Assembly (NCBI GenBank): GCA_951406725.2
Contig: OX597826.1
Location: forward strand, 4,588,001-4,652,000
Length of the DNA: 64,000 nucleotides
Direction: 5' to 3'
DNA from: Octopus vulgaris
Lineage: Eukaryota
The stretch's first letter is position 1. Each line of letters starts with the position of its first letter. The notes below the pieces were generated by a model, which saw nothing but the letters and a program-made list of their open reading frames with translations, ran no database searches and had not been told where the DNA came from. Positions 26,208 to 40,024 of this stretch are shown in pieces. The position numbers and the translations under genes are program-made.

Positions 26208-26836
26208 GGTCTGTGTGGTAAGAAGCTTGCTTCCCAACACCCACATGGTTCCGGGTTCAATCCCACTGCATGGCACCTTGGTCATGTATCTACCACTATA
26301 GCCCCGGGTCCACCAAAGCCTTGTGAGTAGATTTGGTAGATGGAAACTGAAAGAAACCCGTCGTGCATATATATATATGGCGATGTTTCGCTTGTCGTAG
26401 CACAAGTTTCCGTCGATTTCCGTAAAAAACTTTTATTTTTTTACATAAGTAATGAGAGCGAAAGAGACTAAGAGGAAGCGATTTTATGACGAGGAAATTT
26501 CTCTTTGAAGTCCCCGTGTGTGTGTGTTTGATGGGGTGTGGGAGACAGACAGTATGTTGTGTAAGTGAAGTGCTTCTGTTAGTGTGTGTGAAAGAGAGAG
26601 ATAACTGAAATTTTTTACTCGGTGTATGTGTATATGTATGTGTGTGTGTATGTATCTATGTATGTGTGTGTGTGTATGTATGTGTGTGTGTATGTATGTG
26701 TGTATGTATGTATGTATGTATGTATGTATGTATGTATGTATGTATGTATGTATGGCCGATTCAGTGTTTACATTTTTTACGGAAATCGACGGAGGAAATC
26801 GACGGAAAAGTGTGCTACGACAAGCGAAACATCGCC

Positions 26837-26874
<38 letters not shown>

Positions 26875-27070
26875 TTGTGTTTGTCCCCCACCATCGCTTG
26901 ATGACCGATGTTGGTGTGTTCACATTCCCGTAACTTAGAGGTTCGGCAAAAAAGAACGATTGAATAATTACGAGGCTTACAAAAGAACAAACCTTGGGGG
27001 TCGATTTCTTCGACTAAAGGTGGTGCTCCAGCATGGCTGCTGTCAATTGACTGAAACAAATAAAAGAAAA
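26208..27070 (+). mobile_element. SINE family A interrupted by a TIR element
   Basis: 5' half (26208-26378) ends in the internal TA repeat; the 3' half resumes at about 26837 (TA/TG, then GTTTGTCCCCCACCATCGCTTG...GACTGAAACAAATAAAAG). Confidence 0.88.
26379..26836. mobile_element. Non-autonomous TIR element (MITE) inserted in (TA)n
   Basis: ~50-bp TIRs GGCGATGTTTCGCTTGTCGTAGCACA..TTTCCGTCGATTTCCGTAAAAAA / TTTTTTACGGAAATCGACGGA...TGTGCTACGACAAGCGAAACATCGCC, with ATAT on both flanks. Confidence 0.85.
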
Positions 27071-27899
27071 TATATGGGTGCGTGTGTGAGTGTTTTTGTT
27101 TATTAATTTTATCTATTCTACATACATACATACATACATACATACATACATACATACATCATACATACATACATACATACATACATCATACATACATACA
27201 TACATACATACATACATACATACCGCGGACACACTCCATTGTATCCACTGCTAGTTTTACATTCTAATAGCATCGAATTTGTATTATCAAGTTTTATAAC
27301 ATTTTGTCAGGCATCAACGACCTCTATATACTGTACAACTATTCCGACATTCCGCTATTCCACTACATTTCATGCTGTGGAATAATAGTGTTTGTGACCA
27401 GAACGAAAGATTTTGATACTTAATAATATATAAATACGGTGGTGTATTTGTCAAACCAAGCTGATCGTTCGTCCTGTTTGATGTTTCCTGTATAATGATC
27501 GTTTGATGCCAAAATACACCGAAGTGTCTGTAATAAGACACATATGGTACATACATACATACACATACAAATAAATACATATATGAACGTATATATGATG
27601 TATGTGTGTGCATATGTATTTATATATATAGATAGATAGATAAATAGATAGATAGATAGATGTGAATAGGTGAAATTTATATATATATAGCTAAATGATT
27701 GGAAACTAAATAGTTCTTAATATTATAGCGTATTTAAACAATAGTGGATATCATGATATAGAGCGGCTTCAATGGCTACAATAATTGTAACTCGATGTGC
27801 TTGTTTCGGTTTTCCGAATACCATTTACGATTATGTTACACACACACATACACACATGCACCAGCACTCACTAAGCTGGGTAGCTAGTAAGGTACATTT

Positions 27900-28240
27900 G
27901 TCTTTTACTTGTTTCAATCATTAGACTAAGGCCATGCTGGGGCACCGCCTTGAAGAATATTAGTCGAACGAATAGTTTCAAGCACATATTCTTTTTTAAG
28001 CCTGGCACTTATTTTATTGGCGTCGTTTGCCGCAATGATAGGGTTAAGGCGACGTAAGCACCCCTACACTGGTCATCAAGTAATGCTGGGGACAAACACA
28101 AGCGCGCAAGCTCGCGCACACACATACACACTACTATAACCCAAGGCTATTGCACAAGAGAGCTTCCCAAGGTACTGCACAATGGGGCCGAACCCGAAAT
28201 CATGTGGTTGAGAAGAAAACTTGTAACTACACAGCCACAT
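27900..28240 (-). mobile_element. SINE family A, diverged
   Basis: CTTTTACTTGTTTCAATCA...GGCCATGCTGGGGCACCGCC...CCCAAGGT...CATGTGGTTG...ACACAGCCAC. Confidence 0.7.
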
Positions 28241-29213
28241 CTATTTCTTTTCATAAACTTTTCTCTCTCTCTCTCTCTCTCTCTCTCACCACACCAAGAA
28301 ACAACCATATATATATATATAATCAAGTATACCTACACCACACCAAGAAACAACCACAACGGTTTAAATTATAGTTGCCGCTTGCATATCTAGAGGACCC
28401 TACCAACGTTAGATGGCCTCAATATTGTTTGCATAACTCTGAGCTCTAAGTTATCGTACATCGCCATTTCTGGCGTCCTACGTGTTGATGTGCCTAGATT
28501 TTAATGGATTCTGATCGATCTTAATCACACCGGAGAAACTACTGCACAGTCTCCACAGACAAAATTTTCCTCGGAGCCATTGCATAACACGTTAGTCCGA
28601 AGTTCAGCAGTGGATAGTGACATCGAACACAGAAACAAAAACCGTGAATCGACTTTCTTAATTATGTAACCAAGAATGCGCCCATATATACATAAGTCTG
28701 TATATGTGTATATGTATTGACGGTCTGTAAAATTCGTTAATCAAGGCAAACATATACACAGAGTTTTATGGAATATCACTCAATATACATACGTACATAC
28801 TTACATACATGCAAACGCATAAACCTTCCAGATCTTTACCCATCTCTAATGTTCTGTGCGCTTTAATTATCTCCTGGAAATCGCCACATTTCACATGAAC
28901 TCAGCTAAATAATAATGAAGCAAGAATTTTTCCATAAAATTCAATGATATTGAACTGTTTGCATCGATTAACCCATTTATTGATTTCTGGTCGATACCCG
29001 TATCTCATTAAATATATTTTCAAACCTTCTTTACTGTTGTGTCGCAGCATCAAATACAATCACTTGGTATTTCACGCACCCCACATTCGCTATATATCTT
29101 TTTTCCCCTCTTTCATCAATCAGTTTATCAGTCACTCAATCAAGCTATCTATCTATCTATCTTTATGCACATACACACATACATATATACTTCCATATAC
29201 ATGTGTGTGTGTT

Positions 29214-29253
<40 letters not shown>

Positions 29254-29257
29254 AACG

Positions 29258-29289
<32 letters not shown>

Positions 29290-29630
29290 TATATACATAC
29301 ATACATATATACATATATATATAATTATATATATATCACGTGCATAAATCTGTCATCTCTGTATATGTGTGAAGAACAATTTTGGCTTTTGCCGTTTGCA
29401 TGTGTAAATGAGGGAGCGAGAAGGAGAGACAGACAGACAGACAGAAAGAGCATTTATAAAATATATGCATGCATATAGACACCAAAAGAAGTTTCTATGA
29501 CAATTTCTGTTTTGTGTTGTTTTTGTTCTGTCTTTTTTTTTTTTTTCTTTTCCCTTTTTTTATTTTTCAGTTTTGCTTAATGATAAATATTAATGATTGC
29601 TAACATAAACATTATACAGAAAATTTAGAG

Positions 29631-29800
29631 CAAGGGGGCTAATCAGCTGCAAGCGACCCTAGTACTTGACTGCTACTTTATTTTATCGAGCCCCGGAAGG
29701 ATGAAAGGTAAAGTTCACCTAGGCAGGATTTGAACTCCAAACGTAAAGTGCCGGGACAAATACCGCAAGGCATTTTTACGACGCTCTAACGACTCTGTCA
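29631..29800 (-). mobile_element. SINE family B, diverged
   Basis: TACTTTATTTTATCGAGCCCCGGAAGGATGAAAGGTAAAGTTCACC...ATTTGAACTC...CTAACGACTCTG. Confidence 0.7.
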
Positions 29801-29844
29801 ATCCTTAATATAAGAAGAGAAAGTGTTTAGTAGAGAATGCACCA

Positions 29845-29900
<56 letters not shown>

Positions 29901-29927
29901 ATGTGTGTGTATATATGTGTGTGTGTT

Positions 29928-30004
<77 letters not shown>

Positions 30005-30649
30005 AGAGAGAGAGAGAGAGAGAGAGAGAAAGGGAGGAATAGGAAGACGGAAAGAACAACAGAATGAACGAACCAATTATATAAGTATGTGCGTGGATGA
30101 GGAGGGCTGTAAATTTTATGCCCTGGGGCCATTTTAGTGGGACTTACTCATCATCAATTAAGCTTTAATTAACTAAAAATGTGACTTCTTAGACTGTCTT
30201 CTCGTTATGACGTGTATCAGCTGCTGGCAAAGTGGATGTCGTGTGTTTGTGTGTGCATGTGTGTTGCCTTTGTGTTTGAGCATGTGTTTATGTGTGTTAG
30301 TGTATGGTCTGTGTTCGTGTAATTGTGTGTATATACATGATGTGCTTTGGCGTTGCTTGATTGTATGTATGCGTGTGTGTATGCTCGAACGTGTCTCTCT
30401 TCTAGCTTTCTCTCCCTTTCTTTCTTTCCTTCTTTCTTTGTGTCTTTCTCTTTATCTCTTACCCTTTGTATATAGAATGTGTGCAATGGCGATTAGGGGT
30501 GAAAAAATGGAAGCGTTTGGCCCTTGTCATACGACGACTACAAGCTTAGCCAGAATGTAAAACGAGGGGTGAGGTGTCACCTGCGCGAGTGAAATACGAG
30601 ACAAGTCACACACCTACACAATGTGACACAAGTAAGATTGGGTAGTAAT

Positions 30650-30937
30650 GGGCCTGAGTGGTGGTGGGCGCGGCGGTGGCGGAGGTGGTGGTGGTGGTGG
30701 TGGTGATGCCAGCAATGATTGTTTGCAGTAATGAATTTGGTTGCTGGTTATATTTGTGATATTAAGTTTAATATTAGTGGTGTTGGTGTTGGTGTTGGTG
30801 GCAGTGGTGTAAGAGATAATGGTGGGATTAGTAGTGGTAGTAGTAGTAGTAGTGGTGGTGGTGTAGATTTTGGTGGCAGTGGTGTGATAATGGTGGAATT
30901 AGTAATGGTAGTAAGGTGATAGTAGTAGTAGTAGTGA

Positions 30938-30990
<53 letters not shown>

Positions 30991-31030
30991 ATAGTAGTAG
31001 TAGTAGTAGTGATAGTAGTAGTAGTAGTAG
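30650..31030. repeat. Compound (GGT)n/(TAG)n trinucleotide tract
   Basis: GGTGGT and TAGTAG runs; source of the poly-V, poly-T and poly-G ORF artefacts. Confidence 0.9.
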
Positions 31031-31224
31031 TTTTTGTTGTTATTGATGGACGTGAAGTCTTGTTGTTAGGTCTTTTGGTGTTCGTAGTTTTAGTGATGAA
31101 TATGGTGGAGTCGTTCATCGCGAACGTGCTGGTAGTGGTGGTGGTGCTGTTGGTGATGATACTAATGGTGACGCTGAGACTGGTTTGATCTCATTGGAGA
31201 CAATAACCTCTTATTAGTGCGTGG

Positions 31225-31660
31225 TAAGGTGTGTAAAAGGTGAACGGGGGGAAAAAAACAGCAGCGTGCCGGATTAAATGCCTCCCAGTAGTTGGTTATT
31301 TCCCTTTATGTTCTGAATTCAAAATCCCGCCGGCTTTAAGTTTGTCTTTCATCTTTCCAAAATCGATATAAATAAGTATCAGTGAAGATCAAGCTTCGAA
31401 TAAATCGATTGGCCTCTCCTGAAAATCTGTGGCTTACCGCCAAATAAAGAAATCAAGGGCGGTGGATTGGCAGAATCACGTTATACAGCGTCGGACTATA
31501 TGGACTACGGGGTTTCTTCCGGCTGTTTACGTTCTGATTTCAAATCCCACCAAGATCAACTATCTTTCGTGGTTTCGGAGTCAATAAAATAAAGTACCTG
31601 TCAAGCACTGAAGCCGAGGTTATTGACTAAAGCAAAACATCAGACCTGCATTAGAAACAC
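31225..31660 (+). mobile_element. Two tandem diverged SINE family B copies
   Basis: TTCTGAATTCAAAATCCCGCC...AAATAAGTATC and GGCGGTGGATTGGCAGAATC...TTCAAATCCCACC...AATAAAGTACC. Confidence 0.6.
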
Positions 31661-31730
31661 TGGTTAGTAGTGAGATTTTTAGCATAGACACAAGGCCGTC
31701 ACTCTTGAGAAGGCTGTAGAGGGAAGTCTA

Positions 31731-31857
31731 CAAGATGTCCACAAAATCTGGGTACATGGAGTAAATAAAATCATAACATAAAGAATTGAATATAAGAAAT
31801 AATAATTTCTTAAAGTATGTGTTAATTCCCATGTACCCAGACTTTTTGGACACCCTG
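31731..31857. mobile_element. Small Tc1-like MITE
   Basis: TIRs CAAGATGTCCACAAAATCTGGGTACATGG / CCATGTACCCAGACTTTTTGGACACCCTG, TA on both flanks, AT-rich interior. Confidence 0.8.
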
Positions 31858-32371
31858 TATTATACTGAAGTGTGTGACTGGTACTTTGCTTCATCGATAT
31901 CGATACTGAAATTAAAACTGATCTCTGGTGAATTTGAACTGAAAATGATTGCGTCAGGTAGTAACTGAATTCAATGAGCAACGTTATCCAAAGTTATTGG
32001 CAGAATGAGTAGAGCAATGGACGAAGTACATTGATATTTTTCTTTTGGCCATTAACATCACGAGTTCGTATCTTTGTAGTGATCAGTTTTATATTTTCAT
32101 TTTTTTTTCTGTATCAATAAAATAAAGTGCCATTCATATATTGGGGATGAAGGGACTCGATTATTCGCCACCTACTTAAAGTCTGATCTTGTTTACATGT
32201 AAGAAATTATTTATATCATTGAGGATGGTAATCTAAAATATGCCTACATTGGTTATATGACTTTACAAAAGATATAAAAAAAAAAGAAAAAGAAAATCTA
32301 GGAGAGAGAACCATTTAAAAACATTTTGATGCTTCAGAAGAATCCATACCACCGAAGTATATTAAGTGGTT

Positions 32372-32476
32372 CCCTTGGGCAAGTGTTTTCTACTATAGCC
32401 TCGGGCCAACCAAAGTCTTGTGAGGCCGACCAAAGCCTTGGTTGAGAGAAAGTGAAAGAAGCCTGTCGTATATATG

Positions 32477-32507
<31 letters not shown>

Positions 32508-32720
32508 GTATATGTTTGTGTGCTTGTGGTTGTCCCCCAACATCGCTTGACAAGCGATGGTCGTGTGTTTACGTCCCCGTAAGCTAGCAGTTCGGTAAAA
32601 GAGACCGATAGAATAAGTACTAGGCTTACAAATAATAAGTATTGGGGTCGATTTGCTCGACTAAAGGCGGTGCTCCAGTATGGCCGCAGTCAATTTACTG
32701 AAACAAGTAAGAGTAAAGTG
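32372..32720 (+). mobile_element. SINE family A, 5'-truncated
   Basis: Starts at CCTTGGGCAAGTGTTTTCTACTATAGCC; carries a small internal duplication of GGCC(A/G)ACCAAAG; full tail. Confidence 0.88.
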
Positions 32721-32728
32721 AGAGTGAG

Positions 32729-32761
<33 letters not shown>

Positions 32762-33198
32762 GTGTGTGATATCTCCATTTTAACTCCATTTAAATATCCA
32801 CTATTTTGGTGTTATAAATGAATTCCCCAACATTGGAAGCATTTAATGGCAAATAATAATAATAATAATAATAATGGTGATGTGGCTAGTACTAAGGATT
32901 TCTCACATAGGCTCAAGGCTTAGAATTTGTGGCGTCGACTACATTCCTAAATCCGAATTTTTGTGTCAACGTAGGAAATTATTATCATAATGACGAAGAT
33001 ACGTTCATCCTTCCGGTGGTGGATATATAAGTACCAGCTAAGTACTGAGGCCAGTGAAATTGCTTACATACCTACCCACTCTCCTACATTACTTCGTCTT
33101 TTTGTAGCTCCGAGTCTCTCTTCCAGAAATTGTGTGGACTTTTTTTTTGCCCATCTTATCAGTTGTCTTTATACGGATGAAGAGAGAACACAAGAATG

Positions 33199-33199
<1 letters not shown>

Positions 33200-33252
<53 letters not shown>

Positions 33253-33335
33253 CGGTGATGATGATGATGATATTTTTGATAACGATGATGGGTACGACGC
33301 CAATGATGAGGATGATGATAATGATGATGATGATG
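33200..33335. repeat. (GAT)n microsatellite
   Basis: GATGATGAT run; source of the poly-D and poly-M ORFs. Confidence 0.9.
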
Positions 33336-33416
33336 TATGTTAGTCGCTATATTTAAAGTTCGGAATATCGGAGTGACGCTGTCAATTTATTTATTTATTT
33401 GGTTATTTTTGTTGTT

Positions 33417-33452
<36 letters not shown>

Positions 33453-34339
33453 TGATCATTATTAATATTTACCAGTGGGAAAAAAATAATGTGATGTGTT
33501 GTGACAAGTTGTCAGCAAGGTCGGTTTGTATAAAAAAAAATTGTTGTACACGCCACTCTCTAATTTCTGCGTATACACACACATGCATACATATATATAT
33601 ATATACACATAACGGATGTACAATAACGACAGACAAATGAGCAGGATTAGACATACACACGCACATGTATACACCACAAATATGCACGCAAAGAACTACA
33701 TACAACACACACGCGCGTACTTGAATACGGATCTCCAGCAAAAATCACACAACATTACATACAAATACTCGTACACGGACGTACAAAAACGATACACAAA
33801 TATATGGGAGTACACATGCAGTTGCACGTAACACACATACATACCAGTACAGATAATGTACAACACGCACACACACACTCCTTTCTTTACTCTGACAGTT
33901 AGAGAGTGACGAAAGTCCTTACAAGTATCAAGAATGGCGATTTTATAGTAACTGAACATCTTGCAGTTTGATGTCATTTTGAGCGTCTTTACGGATCTGT
34001 CTCCTGTTACGAACATGTTTTGAATGATCTCACCAATACTCAGTTCCTCACAGATGAGCAGGACAATACTGTTCAATTACATTGGTTCAACATAATGTAG
34101 TCAATAAAGAGACGCCAATGTTTGGATCAAAGGTGCGTCAATGAGATCAATAGCTTGTTTTTCTGAACATAGAGAAAGACGTCTGATACCATTACTATTA
34201 GTTTCCCCAATATTATCTTTTCTGGACAAACCAGTAAGGATTTGAATTTAGCATTTCCTCTCTCAAAGAAGGATTTTCCTGCGTACCAAACGTAAACTTG
34301 GTTTTCTACTCCCTGAGCAAAATCATATATACAAATATA

Positions 34340-35162
34340 CAGGGTGCAATGAATAAAATGTCATCTAAATTACGCATAAACAAAAATAACACTGACATCT
34401 CTTCTTAACTGATATATTTACCAAAATTACATAAAAATATCTTGAAATACTTTAGAGTAAATTTATTCAATAAAGTCACAATTGGCTTCAACCACGGCCT
34501 CCAGACAACTTCGGAATTTCCTGCAACTCTTCTAGACTGTTTCCTTGCTTAAGTTGGTGGGTGAATGCTTCCATAATCCTTGTCTTCAGTTCATCTTTGG
34601 TGTTACAAGGAGTTTTGTTGGTCTCTCGCTTAATTGCACCTCACACATATTAATCAAAGTAGTTGCAGTCTGGGAAGTTAGGGGTGATGTGGTCGCAGAA
34701 ATTCTGCTTGTGTGGTGTGGTGGAATCTTGTTGCCAGACATAAGGTCTTCCAGCAGCCAAACTCTTGACCTACTACCTCCTTCAGGCACTTGATGTAGGC
34801 CTCCATGTTGAGTCTGAGGCCGTGTGGGAAGATGAATGGAAGCATAATGTTGCCATCACTAGTTATCACATCAAACACCATCATGTTGACTAGATGTTTG
34901 ATTTTTATCGCTCTCGGTATATGTCCTCAGATTACACCCAAACACCCTAAAATGTTCGTATTGGATCGTCCAGTGCGAATGCCAGGCAACACAGCATGTG
35001 TTTTCCAAATTTATGGCACAGTGAGTTGCGTCATGTTACTGTTTTTCTCACAAACGGCGCCTAACTAACCCCCGCCCCTATACTGTGCAGACGACAAGAT
35101 CAAAAACAAACAAATCGTGAAATTAAAAATATAAATGGCGACAATGTACACATCACACCCTG
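34340..35162 (-). mobile_element. Internally deleted Tc1/mariner-superfamily transposon (DD37D/maT-like) with transposase remnant
   Basis: Imperfect TIRs CAGGGTG...ATGTC at both ends with TA flanks. Minus-strand pieces translate to MVFDVITSDGNIMLPFIFPHGLRLNMEAYIKCLKEVV, GRPYVWQQDS, FCDHITPNFPDCNYFD, RETNKTPCNTKDELK and LEAVVEANCDFIE*, typical of this transposase class; disrupted by indels. Confidence 0.88.
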
Positions 35163-36025
35163 TATAAGTATACTAAAAAGTCTTATAACGCATTTCCCTT
35201 TCAATGGTAGTTTGCCAACCAAAGCTAAAGTGCAACTATCTGGCCATGCAACTATATGGCGCGCTTGACATGAACAGTATCAACCCGCATTTACCAAAGT
35301 ACAGCAGAACTTGAAAATACGGAAAATGTAGGGAGCTTCATAATTTCTGCATTGCAGATGATCGCTATATCTAGGAGTATAAAAATTTGCAAACCTTCTT
35401 AATGTTTAAAGGGAAAATGCTAGCGCAAAGTTTGACAGAAAGGACAAGACCTGTTTGATTTTTATTTTGATGTATCCTTTTATTTCCTTTAAAATCTTGC
35501 AACCAAGTGTTTAACCACTCATGATAACCTAATATGTCAGTCAAGAAGAGAAAATATACGTAGATATATGCATCGCTACAACACATTTTTTCTCTTCACG
35601 TAAAGCAGACGGTCAAAATATAACGATATAACATTGGTTAGGTTGTACCATTCACTGGTAATATTATACAAACGAGATAGGAGAAGGAAAAAAGCAATAC
35701 AAAGAACAACAAACACACAAACAAACATGGAAGATGGCGTGAACATTAGGAGGCAATGTGTGTGACATATTTGGGTTAATTACATCACTGGGAGTGACAA
35801 TTCTTATTAACTGGAAATAACAGCAATAAATGATAAGAAGAAAACAAATGAACGAATAACTGATTCAGACACACACACAAATATTAGTTAGTACACATTT
35901 GTATACATATGGTTGTGCTCCAGAATGACCGCAACCGAATGGCTGAAACGAGTAAGAGAAGAGAAGAATATGAATATTCCTTTGAGTAAGACCAAAGGGT
36001 AATTTATATATCTATATATATATGC

Positions 36026-36056
<31 letters not shown>

Positions 36057-36060
36057 AAAC

Positions 36061-36095
<35 letters not shown>

Positions 36096-36097
36096 CA

Positions 36098-36141
<44 letters not shown>

Positions 36142-36464
36142 CACATATATATATACATACATACATTATATATATATATATATAAACGCACGCACACACG
36201 CAGATACATGTGTGGGTGTGTGGGTATGTGTGTCTCTCTGTGCGCGTATGCGTGTGTATGTCTGTGTTTGCATCAATGCTATGTTCACAGAACATATGTG
36301 ATATTTCTGTCTGTTATATTAATGACAGCTCGTGACAATCGCCACCGCTGCTTCGTCACTAAAAATGTAAGTAACAGAACGTATGATATGGAAAGACAGA
36401 AAAGGGGGGAGGGGTGCGGGAAAAATACAGATAGATGAGAAGAACGTCAGGGTACAATCAAGTT

Positions 36465-36505
<41 letters not shown>

Positions 36506-36990
36506 TGCTGTGGGCAGTGAGGATTATTTTTAGTGTAAACGGAAACTTATGGGAAAACATGAACATATTTTTTGAGATAAATTTTCGCTGTCAGGATTCA
36601 AAGCAAGGGACGGAGCAGCTGAGTTGCTGCACTTTAACATAACAGTACATAATAACTGAAGAAGAGCTTGGTGTTTTATACGCATCCCATCTTTTGTGCT
36701 GTGTACTGTGGCGTGGTGACTCACATCATAGCAATAATCAACCCCATGCCGTTGTTTCAAATTATCTAAACACTAAATAATTTTCCCCAAATACACCTAT
36801 ACATTTATGAGAATAAACACAAAACCAAAAGTTGATAATTTGAATGGATTTAATACGCGTGTTTCTAGTAATTATGTGAAATAAACCTACATAAAACCAG
36901 GTTCTTCAGTGAATATTTCGACACACACACACACATATATGAAAGGGAGGAAAAGGATCGCTCCTGTTACCTGATTAGTATTTCCTAAAG

Positions 36991-37308
36991 ACATGCTGGG
37001 GCACCACCTTAAAGAATTTTTGGCTGAATGATTTTTTTCTTTTCTTTCAAGTATCTTTCTTTATTTATTCCTGGTACTCATTCTGTCGGTGTCTTTGCCG
37101 AGCCACTAAGTTACGGGGACGTCAACGGACCAACACCGATTGTCAAGCGGTGGTAGAACACACACAGACACGCACGCACAAACACACGGCCTTGTTCGAC
37201 ACAAGGCTATACTAAGAAGACAATTGCCCAAAGTTCCATTCAGTGAGACTGAACCCGGAACCATGTGGTTGTGAAGCAAGCTTCTGGCCGTGCAGCCACT
37301 GCTGCGCC
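36991..37308 (-). mobile_element. SINE family A, diverged
   Basis: CTAAGTTACGGGGACGTC...GACTGAACCCGGAACCATGTGGTTG...CAGCCACTGCTGCGCC. Confidence 0.8.
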
Positions 37309-37316
37309 TATCACTC

Positions 37317-37720
37317 TTACTCTCTCTTTTTACTCTTTTACTTGTTTCAGTCATTTGACTGTGGCCATGCTGGAGCAAATCGACCCCAGGACTCATTCTT
37401 TGTAAGCCTAGTACTTATTCTATCGGTCCTCTTTGCCGAATCGCTAAGTTACGTAGACGTAAACACACCAGCATTGGTTGTTAAGTGATGTTGGGGTGGG
37501 GGCAAACATAGACACACAAACATATACACACATATATATGTATATATATACATATATACGACAGGCATGTTTCAGTTTCCGTCTACCAAATCCACTCACA
37601 AGGCTTTGCTCGGCCCGAGGCTATCGTAGAAGACATTTGCCCAAGGTGCCACGCACTGAGAATGAACTCGGAACCATATGGCTGGTAAGCAAACCACTTA
37701 CCACACAGCCACTCTTACGC
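37317..37720 (-). mobile_element. SINE family A, tandem to the previous copy
   Basis: Near full-length reverse copy from TTTTACTCTTTTACTTGTTTCAGTC to CACACAGCCACTCTTACGC. Confidence 0.9.
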
Positions 37721-38988
37721 TTAGGATTTCAGAAAAAATCTATCAATGTATAAAAGGAGAAACATTCTGTAGTTTTGGATATATCGACAGCAAAGACCGA
37801 ATCGTTACGTTTTGGATACTTTGAGTATTCTGCTGTTCAAAGAAATTTGTCCAGGGGCAAAAACGGCAATAACAACAAGAGCTAGGTTTCAAGTAAATGG
37901 ACAATTCCATTCACTCATCAAATTGTTTAGCCTTATACTTATGTTAGACATCATTATTTTAACAGTCAGAGTTGAAACACATCACACAATAACTTCTGCT
38001 TGTGATAATAATTTGTTTTATTTGGGGTTTTTTAAATTTTGTTTTCCCCTGTTTCCTTTCTTTGTGTTCGTTGCATGTTTTTGGTGTTTTATTAACAAAG
38101 TGCCGATAGTCTTCGGCGTCACTGTTTATCAAATTTAACCATTTACACTCAATATTGGACATTCTTACGTTATGAAAAGGTCAGAGTTTATATCGACCAA
38201 TATATTAAGGCGAAACAACATTAAGTAATTGGTAATGAACATTTTAAAACTTCCATTTTAGACTCTTGTCTTTTAAAAAGATTCACGCAAACACATACAA
38301 CACACATATACTACACACATACGCATGCATATATTTTATTATATTACGCAATACATTTACATGTGATAAGCACACAACCATACAAGCTTTTATACAATAT
38401 TCTCTTCCTTACATACTTGCATAGTCTGTATGTCCGTGTATGCATGCATGTTTGTATCATATATTTCTAGTATATTATCCAATTATCATTGAGTAATTTT
38501 TTACGTCATCCTCTTTGTTTTTCTTTCTGTATTAATGTGGGAGTATATACAACTACACACACCATAAATATGTACATATACACAGACTTATATACTCGTA
38601 CATGTTGGCATGTACACTTGTATATGTGTGGAAGGGGAGTGTGTGTGTGTGTGTGTGTTTGTATCCAAAAAGAAAAGGAAAGAGAAAGAGAAGAGGATAG
38701 ATGAAAAATTGCGTACACATTGAGAAAAGATATGAAGCTAGACAAATAACATTTAAAAGTAAAATAGCTTAATATTAGGCAATGAACAGGCATGTGTGTT
38801 TGTCTGTGTGTGTGTGTGTATGTATGTGTGTGTGCTTATATATCAATATAAGCAAATGTCCGCGAATACATGCGATACATAAAGATGCGTATACATATAC
38901 ATATATACATACACACTATATATATATATATATATATATATGCGCGCGTGCGTAGCCTGGGCGGGTCTGTATATATGTATAGGTATGT

Positions 38989-39027
<39 letters not shown>

Positions 39028-39523
39028 CTCTACATCATATCTATCATGTGTAAAGCTGGAGGTGATACAAGACAAGTCTTTGTAAGCCATTTTAAGTTGA
39101 AAGGTGAAAGGTCATTACAACGCTGATAAATGTTGCCGAGCGAAAAGATCAAGGGTTCGCGCTAAAAAATAAATAAATAAATAAATAAATAAATAAAAAA
39201 TTTCACAAAAAAAAATCTGTGGTGAAAGAGGAAGAGAGTAAAAAGAACATAATTGTAAAACGTAATAAACCAAAAATAATACAAATAATCATAAAATAAA
39301 ACTAAAAAAAAAGACTGAGAGTATACAAAAGAAGGAAAGAAAGAAAGAAAGGACAATGAGAAATGTTAAATTGGTCTTCTCTTATTGCTCCAAAAATAAC
39401 GCGTACTATGATGAACAAACATGTCACCGGTACGTGTTTGTGTGCTCGTAGTCTATGTACGAATGTATGCCTGTATGTATGTGTGTTTGTGCGTGTGTAG
39501 TTCTGTGTGTGTGTGTGTGTGAT

Positions 39524-39865
39524 ATTTTATCTTGTTTCAGCCATGGACTACGGCCATGTTGCGGGGCACCTCTTTCAAGGTTTGAAGGCGAACACATCCA
39601 GCCGAGGAAGTTATTTTTAAACCTGTTACTTACTTGGTCGATCGTTCTCTTCTGCCCCCGAAACGTTGTTAAGGAGCAGCGACGAAAACAAAACTGAAAC
39701 CGGGCGTCAAATTATGGTTGAACGCACTCACACACACACGACAGGCTTCGTTTCGGTTTCCTTCAACCAGATCTTCTCACAAGGCTTTCATGAGGCCGAG
39801 TCTAGAGTCGAAGACACATGTCCAATGTGTACCGCGCAATGGAACTGAACCCGAAGCCATGCTTG
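39524..39865 (-). mobile_element. SINE family A, old diverged copy
   Basis: TCTTGTTTCAGCC...GGCCATGTTGCGGGGCACC...CTCACAAGGCTTT...GGAACTGAACCCGAAGCCATG. Confidence 0.6.
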
Positions 39866-39876
39866 CACACAACACA

Positions 39877-39990
<114 letters not shown>

Positions 39991-40024
39991 GTATCACCGG
40001 GATCAACTAGGCTATCACATCGCT

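Noticed and set aside
28286-28358. Direct repeat CACCACACCAAGAAACAACCA around a short spacer (CRISPR-like look)
   Set aside because: Only two units, a TA-rich spacer and a eukaryotic context; a local duplication.
33900-34080. 126-aa minus-strand ORF with a non-repetitive N-terminal half
   Set aside because: No recognisable domain, and it runs into TG-repeat sequence.
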